Virus record (IMG/VR): IMGVR_UViG_3300025396_000018
Span: 1-56,343 of that record
Strand: one strand, 5' to 3'
DNA: 56,343 bases
DNA from: a virus
Lineage: Duplodnaviria > Caudoviricetes
The notes beneath the pieces were generated by a model. That model was not told the DNA's origin and did not search any database. It saw only the letters and a program-made list of their open reading frames with translations. Below, one piece after another: positions 54,732 through 56,343 of this stretch; position 1 is the first letter of the stretch; the number at the start of each line of letters is the position of its first letter. The translations under genes were made by a program, and so were the position numbers.

Positions 54732-55549
54732 TACATTTCTCCGACATAATTAGCAACAGCCGGCATATCTCCTTGGAAGTGATAAGTTCCAATATGAGAT
54801 GTTCTCATCCATGGACAGAGATGGATTGTACCACCGATTTTACGCCACATCTGACAGAACATATAATCTTCTGATAAGTAACGGTCTGAACCTCCGCCTG
54901 TAATAGAATCTTTGGAATCAATTACAGTATCAAAGAAGGCATGAATGTAACGAGAACCATCAAAGTGTGCCTGACCAACGTGGTCTGGTTTGTATCGAAT
55001 CATTGGATATGCTTCTTGCATTTTAGCAAATACTTCACGCTTAATCATCATGAAGCCAGTACCAATTTCTAATACTTCAAGTGGTTCAGACACAGTAAAT
55101 TGTGCCGTACCTTTAACAGGATTGAAAACATAATCCCCTGTTACTTTTGCCAAAAGGTCAGCATCAATATCAGGATTCTTTTTGATTGCTGTCTTAACAG
55201 ATTTCCACTTAATTGCTTTCTTAGGATAAGGACCGCCTGATACGTCTTTGTCCATAGCCAATAAAGCGATTACATCTTGTGGATTGAAATGAATATCAGA
55301 ATCGATAAACAACATATGAGTGCAATCGGAACGATGGATAAATTCGTCAACAAGATAGTTTCTTGCTCGTGTAATTAGGGACTCATTGAATAAGAATGAG
55401 AATTTGATTTGTACGCCATACTGCATACACATACCTTGTAAATCAAGGCAGGCTTTCATATAGAGACCGTGATTTTGGCCGCCATACATTGGGGTTGCTA
55501 CAAACAGACTCTTTGTTTGTAAATCTTCTTTTTTAATTGAAATTTCCAT
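54731..55549 (-). CDS. GT-A fold glycosyltransferase-like protein
   Basis: LFVATPMYGG, ESLITRARN, FIDSDI, GTGFMMI, YLSEDY.FC. Confidence 0.75.
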   Translation of the reverse strand: MEISIKKEDLQTKSLFVATPMYGGQNHGLYMKACLDLQGMCMQYGVQIKFSFLFNESLITRARNYLVDEFIHRSDCTHMLFIDSDIHFNPQDVIALLAMDKDVSGGPYPKKAIKWKSVKTAIKKNPDIDADLLAKVTGDYVFNPVKGTAQFTVSEPLEVLEIGTGFMMIKREVFAKMQEAYPMIRYKPDHVGQAHFDGSRYIHAFFDTVIDSKDSITGGGSDRYLSEDYMFCQMWRKIGGTIHLCPWMRTSHIGTYHFQGDMPAVANYVGEM

Positions 55550-55566
55550 TTGTGCTCCGATAATTT

Positions 55567-55590
55567 AAAAAAGGGGGACCGAAGTCCCCC
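55567..55590 (-). terminator. Intrinsic terminator GGGGGAC-TTCG-GTCCCCC-T6
   Basis: cUUCGg tetraloop, 7-bp stem, T tract. Confidence 0.92.
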
Positions 55591-55600
55591 AACACACAGA

Positions 55601-55864
55601 TTAAGCTAATGAATAACCAGCTTTGAGTGCAGCCTTAACTAAACCCTTAGTTGGCTTACCCATACGATAGAAAGCAACTTTCTTACCATCAACAGTTTTC
55701 TTGTTGGTGTAGATTACATGACCTTCTTGACGGAGTTCGTCAATGCGGGCGGTAACATTGGTAATGCCGAAACGGCGTTGTGCTTGTTTGACAGTAAAAG
55801 TGTTGTAACCAGAAGGTTGTTGTAAAGCGTTCAACATCTTTTCTTTAGCAGATAAATTGCTCAT
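55601..55864 (-). CDS. Small winged-helix/HTH DNA-binding protein
   Basis: TVKQAQRRFGI.NV.ARI.ELRQEG..I. Confidence 0.7.
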   Translation of the reverse strand: MSNLSAKEKMLNALQQPSGYNTFTVKQAQRRFGITNVTARIDELRQEGHVIYTNKKTVDGKKVAFYRMGKPTKGLVKAALKAGYSLA

Positions 55865-55916
55865 AGTAATACTCCATAGTAAAGTTAAAAAATCCTTGCG
55901 TGTTGCAAGTTCTCAC

Positions 55917-55946
55917 ATCATATCATTATGTATGTGTGTTTGTCAA
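55917..55946 (-). promoter_or_regulatory. TTGACA-18-TATGAT promoter with extended -10
   Basis: Upstream of the HTH gene. Confidence 0.65.
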
Positions 55947-55950
55947 GCAT

Positions 55951-56343
55951 TTATCGACCAACTTGTGGTAAATATTTTGCTTTGGTTTCTTCCCATGATA
56001 GGTAAATCAAATCATCATAGAAAAGAGTTTCATATGAAACATTGCCTTTTTTCTGTAATTGCCGAATACGACCTTTGGCATACTTTGTTTTCCAAATGGT
56101 AGACAATGCTTCTTCACTGGTATCAAACGACTTTACCAAATCTTTATCTGTAATTTCTTTACGGAGAAATTCATTGGTATTATTATAAAGTGGACTAAAG
56201 TAAATACCACGTTGGTGTTCGGTACGAATCAATTCTTTTGGTATTTTTAGTTGTGAATAAGCAAAGTTTAAAGACCTATTCTTATGGTCACGTTTTAATG
56301 GAAGTCCTTGTGGATTTTTTGCTTCCCACCATTGAAAATATTT
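55951..56343 (-). CDS. C-terminal part of a conserved protein (possibly a second DUF4338-like gene); starts outside the window
   Basis: Frame open to the window edge (KYFQWWEAKNPQGLPLKRDHKNRSL...HQRGIYFSPLY). Confidence 0.65.
   Translation of the reverse strand, partial: KYFQWWEAKNPQGLPLKRDHKNRSLNFAYSQLKIPKELIRTEHQRGIYFSPLYNNTNEFLRKEITDKDLVKSFDTSEEALSTIWKTKYAKGRIRQLQKKGNVSYETLFYDDLIYLSWEETKAKYLPQVGR

Overview
56-kb segment of a large, AT-rich T4-like (Tevenvirinae/Kyanoviridae-type) myophage of a Gram-negative host, as indicated by the spanins and lipoproteins. Nearly all genes are on the minus strand. The T4 replication core runs in canonical order from right to left: gp45, gp44, gp62, regA, hsp20, gp43, uvsX, gp40-like, gp41, gp61, nrdA, nrdB, rnh. 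Accessory blocks are: (1) a lysis cassette with Rz/Rz1, GH19 endolysin and holin (10.9-14.2 kb); (2) probable capsid-internal, protease-processed proteins with T4 IP-like N-termini, including a His-rich ligase-like protein and a HIGH-nucleotidyltransferase/P-loop fusion that hides an overprinted gene (14.4-22.4 kb); (3) a nine-gene sugar-modification cluster (22.5-29.1 kb); (4) the only plus-strand block (38.2-46.0 kb), which starts at a T4 late promoter and encodes two paralogous membrane proteins, CsgF, CsgG, two curlin-repeat proteins, a FecR-domain protein and a CHASE2 adenylate cyclase. This is the best candidate for an undescribed phage trans-envelope secretion and signalling system; (5) a tRNA cluster (Met-CAT, Asn, Gly, Thr) interleaved with three structured non-tRNA RNAs and a rubrerythrin/rubredoxin pair. 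All family calls come from motif recognition by eye, not database searches.
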